DNA of 64,000 bases, taken from contig NIVC01000040.1 of assembly GCA_002269645.1 (NCBI GenBank), positions 1,116,001 to 1,180,000 on the forward strand. The letters are read 5' to 3'. How positions within the stretch are numbered: the stretch's first letter is position 1; every line of letters begins with the position of its first letter. Below are positions 12,790-25,359 of this stretch, one piece after another. Both the position numbers and the translations under genes were made by a program. The notes under the pieces were generated by a model. It ran no database searches. It had not been told where the DNA came from and saw only the letters and a list, made by a program, of their open reading frames with translations. The DNA is from Macrostomum lignano. Its lineage: Eukaryota.

Positions 12790-12960
12790 GCCACCCACTG
12801 GGTTAAAGCATCGGACTGATAACTCAAAGGTCGGTGGTTCGATTCCCAATCCCACTAGAGCAGTTTGTATACTTGAGCCAAAAACTCTGCATTGCTTCAG
12901 TTCACTCAGCTATAACTGAGGGTGTGCATGGCAACCTTCCAGACCTCAGACTGAACAGCT
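12790..12960 (+). mobile_element. tRNA-derived SINE-like fragment
   Basis: tgggttaaagcatcggactgataactcaaaggtcggtggttcgattccc (A-box-like start, B box GGTTCGATTCC), followed by ttgcttcagttcactcagct, which resembles conserved SINE central domains. Confidence 0.55.
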
Positions 12961-14801
12961 ATAGGCAGCCTTCAGATGCGCCACGCAATAGCTGAGGCTG
13001 AGCTGACAGTTGTACATCTGGCTTAATTAGGGCCAATCTAGATATACTAAATCTATATACTAATTTTTTATATATTGTTTAAATAGTAAGAAGCCACAGT
13101 TTTGTATTTTGACTAATTATGCTATGGATAAACCCTTAATATGGCAAAACAATAAAAATGTATTGATACATTAATAAAATAACAAAATTAAGAGCCTTTT
13201 CTTTAGGAGAAGAGATATTCTCATATTTTCTATATCAACATTTTTTTTTAGAAAAAAATATTTTTTTATTATTTAGAAGTTATCATATTATATTATATAT
13301 TTGAGGCTTAGAATGACTTTTTAGACTTTGCTACAAAGTTTTTTTGGCTATTTTGGTTATATTTTTAATTTATTTATTAGCAGTCTATACCCCCTATTAG
13401 GAAGACAACAAAGAAATAAATATATATTTTCAAAAACAATATATATACCTATATATCTACCTATAAAAACGAGCTATCTAGCCTAAAATATCAATATTCT
13501 CTGTGAGATTTAACATCAAAATTTCCTTTTTAAGCCAAAAATTAAGCCTAACTTACTTTTTGATTTTGATCCATATTCGGCTTGGCTTATAAACAATTTC
13601 CAATTGATTAGGGCCTATAATTAGTATTTCAATAAACCCTAGAAAACTTAGCATCTTAGCAATTCCCTCCTCCTCTTCCTAAGCTTTGAAAATATATCAA
13701 AGCATTGCTTTATCCCATTCTAAACATTGATAATATAGTAATTCCTAAATAAATATTTAATGTTTAATAAGGCAATTATTCTATGGTTTAATCCTAACCC
13801 TGCTGAAAGTCACAACATTTTAGCTAATCCCCTAATAAGATAAAGCATGCCAGCTATTCCCAATGAGCCTCAAGCCACAAAAACTTAGATATTCCCCTTA
13901 TGTGCCCTAACAATTCAATAGTTGTGCATTTTTGCAAAACCCTTTAATGATTTTAATAATTCCTTGTGATACAATTTAGCCAACAAACCAATAATTAATA
14001 AAAAGCCTATTGTGACATAATATTCTTAAAAGAAAAAACAGAGTCAGCTTTTGCTTTATAATGATCACTATTCATTTTATAAAAAATTTTTTGACCTTTA
14101 GCTTTGCAAAAAAGCATGTTTTTTATATAAAACCTAATCTCCTTAGCAATTAAAATTGCACTTTATAAGGCCTATCTACAATAACACATTTTTGATGCAA
14201 ATTACATTATCTATAGTATAGTTAAGATATAGGTCATAATGTACTGATTCTAGAAAAGTTCTAATTCAACAATAAAAATCTTTCAAAAATTGATAGCCAT
14301 TGCATTTTTATGAAATCAATTAAATAGACATAGATCATGGATAGGCTTTAAGCAAATTATTTATTATGGTATAATTAATTGATTATACTATATCTAGGCT
14401 AGGCCTAGTTCGTTAGCTGGTTAAATAAGACTATCCTTCAGTTTTGTTCATTTAATTATTTTCAGAGTCTTATATTATTTTTTACCCCTTTTTCAGCATG
14501 GCGGGTTGCCCATCTGCTCCGACGACGATTGTCCCACTGGCTGAGGTCACCTATGCGATCTTCCATTCATGAAGATGCGTGACCTTGCTATCCTGACTGC
14601 CGACACGCAATCTGTGATGCGCTGGCTGGCGAAGTACCGGCTGCTGCCCAACGAGCACCAGTGCCACAATGACAACTGCCCTATGACACCCCAAATGCAG
14701 CTTCAACATTGTCAAGGTGATCCTTACATTGATGGCTAGGCCTGGGCCTGCAAGGACTGCCGCACTCAGGAGTCTATCAGGAAGGGCTCATTCTTTGAGC
14801 G

Positions 14802-15080
14802 CCTGATTGCAGCGCATGGGCATTTTGGCGGACGGCGTCTGGCGCGGATCTAATATGGCGCGGCGCGGCGCGTATGGCGCGCAGCAATTAGTACGGCGCG
14901 GCGCGGTACTAATTAGATGCCGAGGCATTTAGGCTTGATAAGACAGTCATAGTTACTCCTGCCGTTTACCCAAAACTGCGTTAATTTTGGTTTAGGGTTT
15001 CTTTCACAGGTAAGTCATTTCACAGCGTGGCGCAGGTTGTGTAGGCGTCTGGCGTACTTAAGCCATGCGCTGCAATAGGG
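14802..15080. mobile_element. 279-bp MITE with 8-bp TSD
   Basis: TIR cctgattgcagcgcatgg / ccatgcgctgcaataggg; exact TSD tttgagcg (14794-14801, 15081-15088). Confidence 0.8.
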
Positions 15081-15140
15081 TTTGAGCGTAGCCACCTGCT
15101 GCTAACCCAACTGGTGGACTCCTGTACTGGTGGTCCCACC

Positions 15141-15592
15141 CCATAGCTGGGAAGGTGGCAGTTTTTGGTGAATCTTCCGGCGCAAATTGGCCCTTTTTGG
15201 CATACACAGCGCACACAGCGTACAAGGAAAAATTGGAAATGCTCTGGTGGCGCACATGGCACATGGCGCTGAAAAAATGTATAGTTAGGCCTACACTTCA
15301 TTATACTTTGCAAAATATATAGTGTCAGGCCTAATTCCATAATTCGTAAAATAAAATTATGTAAATTACATAAATTACGTAAATCACGATATAAAATACG
15401 TAAATGAAATTCAAATTTGTCTACCGTAAATTCCTTATAGTAGAATAAATACCTTACCTTACCTTACCTTAGGCTTACCTTATCATGACGCGCTATGGCG
15501 CACAAAATCTTTTCTTCTTGGCGCACGGTGCATAGTGCTCAAAAGCCATCAAAATAGTTCTGGCACACACTGTGCCACCTTCCTGACTATGG
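15141..15592. mobile_element. 452-bp MITE with 8-bp TSD
   Basis: TIR ccatagctgggaaggtggca / tgccaccttcctgactatgg; exact TSD gtcccacc (15133-15140, 15593-15600). Confidence 0.8.
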
Positions 15593-18500
15593 GTCCCACC
15601 TGCAGGAATACCTGTGGCGCCGGCTGTACCCAGACGGGCAACACTTCGGCAACTTCCTGTAGGGTGAGCCACTACTACCCTGCCTGAACACTCTTCGCGG
15701 CTAGTGTATAGTAATTGTACCTGAACAATAAAACGGCCCTTTTCAGGGCCACCAAATAATTTGATAGTCCTATTTTGTGTTGCGACAATCGTTGTGGGAG
15801 CAGAATAATATAGGCGACCCGCCATGCTGAAAAAGGGGTAAAAAATAATATAAGACTCTGAAAATAATTAAACAAACAAAACTGAAGGATAGCCATTAAA
15901 TAATAATAGGCCCCCCTAGTAGGCTAACAATAGGCTTTTTAGAAAGAACCAATTAAAAAGGTGATAGATTAAAAAGGCAATAATTAAAAGAATAGCAATA
16001 ATATTAATTACAAAATCACATGTATTAGATTTGTATTTGTCAAAAATGTATATTTTTTAATTGATTTTACTAAAATGTACAAGTAGTTAAAATGTAGATA
16101 TATTAGGCTTATATTGGTATTCTATCTATACATGTATCATTTATGTATACATTAATGGACCAAGTCAAGGTCTCAAGGACTACTCATGTATCAAAGGAAA
16201 GGAAATCTCATTTCTTAAAAAATTTTACTAGGCAAGTTTTCCAAAAGATATACTAGTAATTAGGCCCTAGTAATTAGAAGAATAAGCATTGGCAAATACT
16301 TGCTTCGTTTATATTTGATAACCAATATGCTAATCAAACATTGTCCATTGCATGAAAATTGATAAATAATAAATAATAAATCAACAAATTAAAGAAACAA
16401 ACACAGTAGCAGTAATAAGATCAAAGTGTACAGATACAGATACACTTTTCAGAAGCGCGGCTACTGGCCTGGGTCGTTCTCAAAGCTAGGTCACAACTTT
16501 TTGTTATTGCAAAAAAAGTTTATACATCGACCAATAATCGTACAAAAAAAATTCTTTCGACAATTTCTGTAAGAAGCTGCTACTAAAACCACAAGAAAAC
16601 TTGAAATTGACAAGAAATCAAGGCTATTTGTTATTCTTTGTTGCGGAAAATAAACGACAAAAATATTAAAGAGAAAATAAAATTTTCTTCTATTTTTATT
16701 TTAAATATGCAGTTAAATTTCTTTTGCAAAAATAAAAGAACAAGAAATTGACAAAGGAAATGTTTTTGAGCACAGCATTTTGTTACTCTGCTCTAAATCC
16801 CAGACATTTAAAATTATCGTGTGCGAAAAAGTGCGAAATTATTATAGCATGCACTCGAAAGGACTTCGATCAGTTTAACTAATCACTGAATTAAGAAGTC
16901 TAAATAAGTCTTGAAAGGTTGAATTAAAAATCAAGTTTTCACTATGTATCTTTTCAAAGTTAAGATGATTCGACAAATAAAGAATGTTCATTTTTATGGT
17001 GAATAGAATTGTTTTCATTTTTACATTAAATATAATAAAATCTAACTAATAATAGAAAAAGTCAGGGAACTATCCTTGAACACCAAAAAGCACATTGTGG
17101 ATTTAATATCGACTGCATGTTCCTTAATAAAGGAATTCGGATACTAGTATATATTTGATTATTTGTAGCATAATTTCTGAAAACTATAACTTGCTTGATT
17201 TTACTTTAAGTACTTACTACATTAATACTTATACCAAAGCTACATGTACTTAAAACAAAAAATTATAGTTACTTATTAGACATTTTACTCCAATTAACTT
17301 AAAATAATTCAAATTTATTTTAATTTATTTATTTTTTGAAACTTTTTGGAAAATAGACAAAATTGAATTATTAAATTACCAAAAACCTACTAGCTTAACT
17401 AAAATAGCAATTAGTCTTTAAGAAAAGATTTCACTTGTTAATTGAGAAAAATGAGGATGTGCGAGGTGTAAAAATGCGAAAGAGCATGCAGGAAACAGAG
17501 ACAAACAAAAATGTAGGTAAAAGACACTGCACATGCACATAATATGATAACCAGACATAATGCGCACACTGAAACACCAGTAGCAATGACGCCCAAGCTT
17601 TTGATGATCACAAGCGAAAAGGCAAAACCCAGCCATCTAATCAAAGAAGTAGACTATAGCACGCATATTGAGTGCATCACGCATTTTTTGCAGAGAAGCT
17701 CGAAAATTAACATTGTATTCTGTGCACAACCACCAACTGCGACAGGGTCTGCCGGGGGATTTGTGGGCACGCGGTCGCGGATACAAATCGGAGGAGTCGC
17801 TGACCATTCTGAAATTACAAGCTAGTACATGTAATTTTGTGTATTAATATATTTAGCCCGCTTTATTTCTATGCTCTCGTCCGCCTCTCGTTAATGCATC
17901 CCCAGACTCATGCAAAAATTAAACTTATGATCGAACTATGCATGGCTTCCGTCCCTCGCTTTGAGTCTCTCACCTCCCCATAGTTCCATCAACCTTACCG
18001 TAGTGGCTTCCTATGCAAAAATCATCCCTCCGCATCTTACACAGGCTACTTCAGGCTGTAGACTGTACTACACTATTAATTAGTTGCGCTAAGGAATCTA
18101 CATGTATTTTGCTCGCAGCGCAGCGCGCTGCTCAAAGAAGTTTAGATCTATCTAGATATTCTAGTAATTTCAGGTTTGTCCATAGACTAGAGCTCATGAG
18201 ATGAGAATTCCATTAACTAGTACATTTAATATGAATGAACTGCGTGTGTGTGAGTGCTGTGCATACATATGTATAATATACGAGTAGTTTATGGGCCAAA
18301 TTATTGTGTGGCACAATTCTTGGCATCACTCAGCAGGCACAAGATGCAGTTAAGCAGCGCACGAAAATTCTACAAAAGAAATTGAGCCTGGTTGAGGTGA
18401 TGCGAGGAGGCAGATCCACACAATCTCAGTGAATACACCAGACTGCACCAGATACGAGTCCAGTCGAATGTGCGCACTGGTCTAAGCAGCACACGCATGT

Positions 18501-20470
18501 CCTTCTGACAATGACGGCACCTAGCTTCGTCCAAGCCTTTGCCAGCGTCACTGACAGCGTCAATACTACCATGCAGTGCCACCTGCAGCACCGACAACGG
18601 CAATTCCTCCAGTTAGCCCACAACAGTGGCTAAACTGAGGGACAGGGAACCTACCCACAGAAGACACACACATACACACACAGCACCGGCAGCAGCACTC
18701 TGACAGCATAACCTAAAGCTCCATGAGCTCAGTTTTCAAGCATTGAAGAAGCAGAAGCAGTCATCTTGGATCCAGGGATCAGGAAGAGTGTTGCATGTCC
18801 GACATGTGCTGTTTCCGTGGAAAAAGGTGATGGAGCAAATTAATCAACACTTACTATCTAGCTCGTATTAAGACTAAAAAACTGAGGCAAGCTGGGATTA
18901 AACTAAAGAAAATTTTTTACTATACTTTTTTACCATACTTTTACTATACTTCTATAGTATAGTAGAGAGGTACTCTATTTAAATGCAGTAAGAAGTGAAA
19001 CAAATTTATATATATAATTATTAAATTAAAATAATTCAAGGTAAATAACTAATTTAACCAATTTATTAGGAGTACATGTATTTATTATAATAAATTGATT
19101 TTTATACCTTACACGAAATAAGCTCTACATTCATTTCTTAGCTTGGGGCCCATCTGTATAAGGTCAGTTTCTTCAAAATGCTGATTAATTAATTAAGGCC
19201 TGTTGTCTTTACTTAAATTTATAAGGGCATCTTAGAAGTTAATATTACTATATAATACATGTATAATATTATTACTATATTATAATAATATAGTTGCAAT
19301 TTTAATGACTATTGAATAAGTCTAAATGCTTCCCCTATTGACTCTAAATATATGGTACCTTTCCCTTCAGAAAAAATTAGCATAGAATGACTTGATGAAA
19401 ACAAAAAAAATCATTTCGAGATACACATTTGCTGATCATTCAGGTCAAATTTCAAGGTCCAGTTTTGCACATGTTTCTCTGTAGCTTGGTTACAAGGATT
19501 TTAATAAAAATATAATAAATATGTCCAATGAACTAACTGATACATAGCCAAATTGAAGTATTTTCAAAAACAAAAAAAATCATTTGCTCAGTTTACTTTA
19601 CTGGATATCTGTGTAAAATTTCAGCTCAAAAGGTGCTCCATGGAGAATGCTAGTGTGGTTACAGGATATTTATTTTGTGCTTCAAAGTAGGAGTTTATTG
19701 CGATGCATGGTTGCTTTTAATTATTTTTATCAACAATAGTGCTCTATTTCATAACAATTTTTTACAAAAAGATAATAAGACATGTTTTTCTAATTATCTG
19801 CATCAAAATGTATCATTTTAAGCGCACATTCTAGACGTCAGCTGAAAAATACATTTTGTGAGACGCAAAGAGGCTATCCCACCGGAAATGCTAGGCGTCC
19901 AGTTTAGCGTCTATAAAATCATTTATAGTGCAGTTTATTGAGCTTTAAAAAATTCTTAAATTAAATTTATATAAGCTTTCATTTTAAATGTAATATAGCA
20001 AGGTTTCAACACAACAACAACTTGTTTTAGCTACAGACATCTTGTAGTATCAAAAATTAACATCGGTGAAATGATTGAATTTGAATTTTTTCATCGCTAA
20101 TTATCGCTTAATACCGCCAGATGATTAAAAACACTTTTTCATGATAAAGTTCAACCCAAAAATTATCTTTATTCACAGATAAAAGTGTCCTATTATTTTG
20201 AATATGGCAGTAACAATAGTAAATGTTCGGAAAATTGTTAAAATTTTTGCTCCTCCTAGAATTTGCGAACGACCCGCCTACTGCTGGCACAACAAATTTA
20301 AAAAAAGTATAGAATTTTAAATAATATTATTTAACAGACTAGTTCTCTGAAACCTTTTTTTAAACAAAATTTTACATACAAAACTGATACCTTAAAGTTT
20401 AACTCTTAGTAGAACACTTTTTAATTATTTTTATCAATTTTTAAATATTTCACAGTAAAATAATAGATTT

Positions 20471-22743
20471 AAGAACAACTTAAAACGATGTATATGAAGA
20501 ATGCGACACTTGAAATTTATAGAAGGCCACTTTTCGCCGAAAACTACACTTCAGATAAAAGACTTCTCATTTTTCAGCACAAAAATTGTTATTGCTTTCG
20601 ATAGGAGGCAGACCCAATGTTCATCTTATAATATTGTGATGGGTTCGACCTTCCGGCCCCCTTGTGGGGAAGCCTTCGGGCCTCAGGTCTCAGAAATAAA
20701 TCAATTAGAGTCCTGGCCCCCCTCTCCTGTCAGATGGTCAGCCCCATGGTAGCTTGATCGTGTGGTGAGCAGTCTAGGTCCTATAGCTAAGAGAGGGATA
20801 GCGAGAGACAAGCAGGGAGAATTTTGATGGTAGAAATTAGTTAATCCGCAGATTAGCTAACTCGCTGCCACCAGCCCGTACGCCCTGGCTCACCACACCG
20901 GGACTCTCGAAATCGGGCTTCCGACTAGAAGGGGCTTTGCACTTACCTGCCAACTAGTGTCTTTTTGCTTGTCTATCTCGAAGTCATAGCCGATGATAAG
21001 GGACACTGCTGGGACTAGATCGCATTGGCCATGCAGGTACAGAGGGGACTTGTGCAGGGGATTCTTGCAGTGGCGAGACTATGGGGTAGCTACATGTACT
21101 ATTACATTGCTAAATACGAAGATATGTACTTTTGGCCTTCAACGCGCCAACTAGCCTCTCATAGCGCTGATGATAGACTAACTTGAACTTCAGAGACCGC
21201 ATGATTCATTACCCGAGCCGCTTGGCTAACCTAGAGTGCACAAAGTAAATCTGTGGCGCCGATTCTGCACTCCTGGCAGCTTCGCTAACTGATTTGATAG
21301 ATTGATCGACTGAGAACTGCCTTGCCATTGGTCCACTGTGACCGGCGCCTACTAGTTTAGCTACTCATCTGAGCCATCGGCGAACAAAGAAATAAAACCG
21401 ATAAAAATAACTGTCAGATTTAACCTTCTCCTTGAATTACTTCACACTTCAGATTAAATTGGAGCTTCAGACTATACTAGTAGTATTATTGAATGACTTC
21501 TGCCTCAGTAACAGCACTACTGAACAAAATGAGCAAAAGTGTGCGCCTAATCCAGCTACTGAAACAGGGGACAGATAAGGGATCACCCAGTCAAGCAAGT
21601 CTAGGTAGCCTCTCACCCAACCAATCAGAAACTCAACAGCCGGAGACCAGGTAATCCACAGTGACCGAATCGGCTATGCTTCGCAGCTGTAGACTCGGGA
21701 TGATGCTGTCACAGTCTTCGCAGATGGCTAGCAGGTGATGGTCTTAACTTTGATGTTCGCTGCTGGTGACCGGGGGACTCGTCCTTGACGATGAGGGGGG
21801 AAGTCGCAATCCGGGGATCAAGAAACGATGGTCGCGCTCCGGGATGTCTCAAGCTTGATGGCCTGTCAAAATGATGAGAAAAAAGCTGCCGCCCGCATCC
21901 TCTCAGACCATCTGGCGCTCGCCTCAACACTGAGTGAGGCGCAGGTGGCTGTCAGACCAGCTTCGAAAGCGATGATTTATGACCCAAAAAGCTGCGCCTA
22001 TGTTATTATGACTACTAGTATGACCAAACATTATATCTAGTATAGATTCTATGACAATTCGCAGAAAAAGGATAAAAATGCCCATAGCCTGCTGTTAGTA
22101 GGCTAGTAAGTTTAGAGCCCATGTGCTAGCGTGGGGTTTGGAAAAAAGTGCGTCCTCATCAATATGTTAGTGCCTTTATATTAAATTGTAGCTCGATATA
22201 TATATTGATACATGTATTTTAGTATTTATAAAGTTTTTTTGGTCAGAAAATGAGGATTCTTTGTTAATTTTTGATTCTACGTACAATTAAATATGCCCTG
22301 TGTCTAAAAACCATTAAAATGGCACGGCTCAGCTCATTGGTTTTATGAATCTATTTTGCCATTATACACATGTAGCTGCATGACTGTTAACTAATTACAA
22401 TATGTACATGTGACAATAATTGATTCATAAAACTAAAGATTCGAGCTGTGCCATGCATTTTTGTATTTTTTAGGTACAGGAATGTACGTAGAATAAAAAA
22501 TTAAGCATAGAATCCTCATTTTCCGACTGAAAGCTTTATGCACATCAATAGAACTATAATTACAAAGGCAAAACATATCAAAATATGAAAATTGGGTCTG
22601 CCTTCCTATCGAAAGCAATAACAATTTTTGTGCTGAAAATGTAAACTTCCAAACCCCGTAGTGTATTTTTCCGGTGAAAAGTGGCCTTTTAAACATTTTC
22701 CATAGATTTCGAGTGTTGCTTCTTTCTACTTAAGTAGTTCTGG
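20471..22743. mobile_element. Old P-like foldback element with a ~1.55-kb internal insertion
   Basis: Long imperfect inverted repeats (core ttttcagcacaaaaattgttattgctttcgatagga at ~20570 and, inverted, ~22605). Right end (reverse complement) ccagaactacttaagtagaaagaagcaacactcg resembles the TIR at 41833. No TSD recognisable. Confidence 0.45.
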
Positions 22744-22989
22744 TTGTTGTTAATTGTACGTGCCTGTACGTGTCAAATGATAGAGGCAGAGTAAAATGTA
22801 AGTGAGAGAAAGATGGAAACATTACATGTCCAGAAGTGCACTCTGTCCTCAAGTTTTTTTTTCAAATAGTAATTAATCAATTAATTAATAGATTCAAAAG
22901 CTGAAAAAGTAAGCCTGACTGTTAATACTGTTTTTACCTGACAGTCGCTTAGGACATGTGTAATTTAAGTTAATCCGTATACGTTTTAT

Positions 22990-25230
22990 ACAGAGATTTA
23001 TGTGTAAGAAACAGTGCAAAAATATACAAGTTTGCGCATTGACTTAGCTGCGGGGGGGGCATTGACCAGCGGATTGACGAAGAGGCGGAGGAGACCGCCC
23101 ATGAATTCCGCAAGCTCCAGAGAAAGGGCACTGAGGAAGGCATTCATGCCTTTAAAGCGAGTAGAGGGTGGAGCGTTCATAGTCATGCGCGGCAAGCTCG
23201 GTCCTGGACTCTATATATATAGACTCATTTTAGAGCATCGAGGTTATTCTTGCCGCTCAGTTCGCACGCGGAAGCGCTTTAGCTCTACCGAGAGCAGGCG
23301 CCAAAGCACCAGTCCTTCAAGGAGCAGTGGTGATCGCAACATACAGGGAGGAGGCGAGAGATCTTCCGCGTCTTAGCAGTCGGAGAGGTCATTGGGGGGT
23401 CAAGATCCTGAAGGCCGTAGCTTAGCTTCGAACCAAAAGACGGCCCAATCGTCATTCCTGACGTTCCGGCTCTAAATGACCTTTGAACTCTTGCCTCAGC
23501 TGGCTGATTTTGGCGGTGCGGACCGCTTCAGCTGCTCGCTGGAACAAGCCGCGCCGTCTGGTGCTGCGTGCTTGGCGTCGGTCCTCTCCGCCCTCAGCAG
23601 CGCGCTCAGGCTTGCCGCGTGGCTATACTGCCGGGCTTTCGTATTCAGGCGGCCAACAGCTCAAGGATGGTTGTGAAGCCGGTGCCGTCTGTCATACATC
23701 ACTAGGCGGCCCGCGGCAGGGAGCTTTCGCTTGACTGCAAACAGTCCTTTCCAGAGCTAGTCAGCAGAGGTAACGACGCTCCTGGCCGGAACCCAGATTT
23801 TATGAATGTTAGTTCGGGGGCACTCATCCTCTCTGCAGAAGGCTAAGTTGAGGTCCCAGCTCTGCTCGAGCAGCAGCTCAGGGAATCGCCATAACGAGTC
23901 AACATCACCGGGTCAAATAAGAATTCGCGAGTCCCTCTTCGCAATTCGAGTGATCTGTTCAGAGGCGTGCCGTGCCTTCAGAGTGAGCTTCTACCTAGAG
24001 GCAATCAACAGTGCGGCTCGCCTGCTTCAGCTGATCGGAGGACAGGCGCGCGTCCTTCCACATGATGACCACCGCCGGTTGATTCTTTGCCGCTTCAGCG
24101 TAGGAGGCTCGGGGTTTAGTGTGGAGCCTTCATCGGGTGGGCTGTCCAACCCTTTTGGCTGCATCAGCTTCCCTATTGATGGGCAGCTCCAGGTGTGCTA
24201 CTCAGCTGCCTCTTGGTAGCTGGAGTGGCGGGTGTCTTCTTGGAGAGTTTGTTCCACGGGTCTCGCCGGGACGTCCCCGATGGTAACGGATGTGTTAAGT
24301 TGTGCAATCGTGCCCTTTTTCGCTCTCGCGCCCAGCCTCAACCCTCCCTCGGTCCAGTTTTCTCAATCAGCGCGAACGTTGATCACGCCATCTCGCACCT
24401 AGTGGGTTAGCCGCCATCCACCCTTTTGGTCCTATCGTTGGCTGCCTTCAAAACAAAACTTGTCTACCATAGCAAGTGCACGGCGAACTGCATCGGCTAT
24501 AGTGCATAAGTCGGCTATGGTGCGTGAGTGCGTAGGTCGCGGGACGGGACCTCCGACTGGGGACCTGGGGGTTGCAGCTTCCCAACTGGTTAGTCTGTAG
24601 GCGTTGCTCCAGAGGAAGGGGCTCACAAAAGATGGTATGGCCGTGGAGTCCACGGTTCTGGTCGAGGACTGAGGCACTGCATGTCATCCGCTGCCGGCAA
24701 ATTACGCTTGTACTTCGGCTATTTTCTGAAATTAAAAGGTGGGACTTCCTGCAGAACACAGGCAAAGAGTTAAGGCCGCAACCCCAAACCAAGCGGAAGG
24801 TCCCGCAAAAAAGAAAATGCCACGCTGCAGGGGGGAGGACCCAAAAGCCCAGGGGAACCGTTAGCAACCAGACTACTCCCTGGCCAAGCGTCCATCAGCA
24901 CGGAGTTGCACTGGGACCTAAGAGGGTGAGTTTATCGTCACCAGGACATCGGCACCAACGAATCAACTCGGCAAGACCCAAGAGGCCTGCCTTAGCACCC
25001 ACGGGACGAGTACCCTTCGAGTGCGCTTTGCAAGGTGAAAAGAAATCGAGCTATCATCCCACCAGAGGAGGCAGGTGTAAGTGTCACTGGCTAAGAAAGA
25101 GGCCAAACCAGGCTCATGCTGCACAGATGGTTCTCCACGCCTTTCTATGTAGTACCCAGGGTACTGAGGGCAACAGCCTCGAAACTGGTATGTTTAATGT
25201 CGAAAGATCCATTCATAGTTCTTTTTAAAA
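22990..25230 (-). mobile_element. Decayed non-LTR retrotransposon (R1/LOA-like) remnant
   Basis: GC-rich block. Minus-strand RASYAEAAKNQPAVVIMWKDARLSSDQ (~24000-24110) resembles ORF1 of these clades; degenerate (K)SPGP near 23210. Many stops. Confidence 0.35.
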
Positions 25231-25359
25231 AATTCCTTTCCTTTTTGCCTCCCCATGCAACGGGCAAAATTGGGCAAAATTGTTAGTATATTACTGAAAC
25301 TTTAAGTGAATGAAACATCAGACCGATTGCAATAATTGTGAAGAAAAAAGTATTGAAAC

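Larger units (their letters stand above)
14569..15687 (+). pseudogene. Merlin/ISXO2-like transposase remnant interrupted by two MITEs
   Basis: MKMRDL...WLAKYRLL...C..C...M...DG*AWACKDC...SIRKGSFFE|RSHLLLTQLVD(fs)LYWWSH|LQEYLWRR...FGNFL. N-terminal Zn-finger joined to the C-terminal motif; catalytic core missing. Confidence 0.75.
14429..15894 (+). mobile_element. Internally deleted Merlin (IS1595/ISXO2-like) DNA transposon
   Basis: ~75-bp TIRs (gactatccttcagttttg... / ...caaaactgaaggatagcc), flanked by gttaaataa / attaaataa (8-9-bp TSD), with transposase remnants inside. Confidence 0.8.

Noticed and set aside
16440-17130. Kolobok-like end (gcatgttcc|ttaa)
   Set aside because: Only one candidate terminus; no matching TIR or second TTAA found.
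18330-18840. GC-richer block possibly coding, or the missing SPSB3 first exon
   Set aside because: No recognisable motif and no ATG-to-donor exon in the needed phase could be supported.
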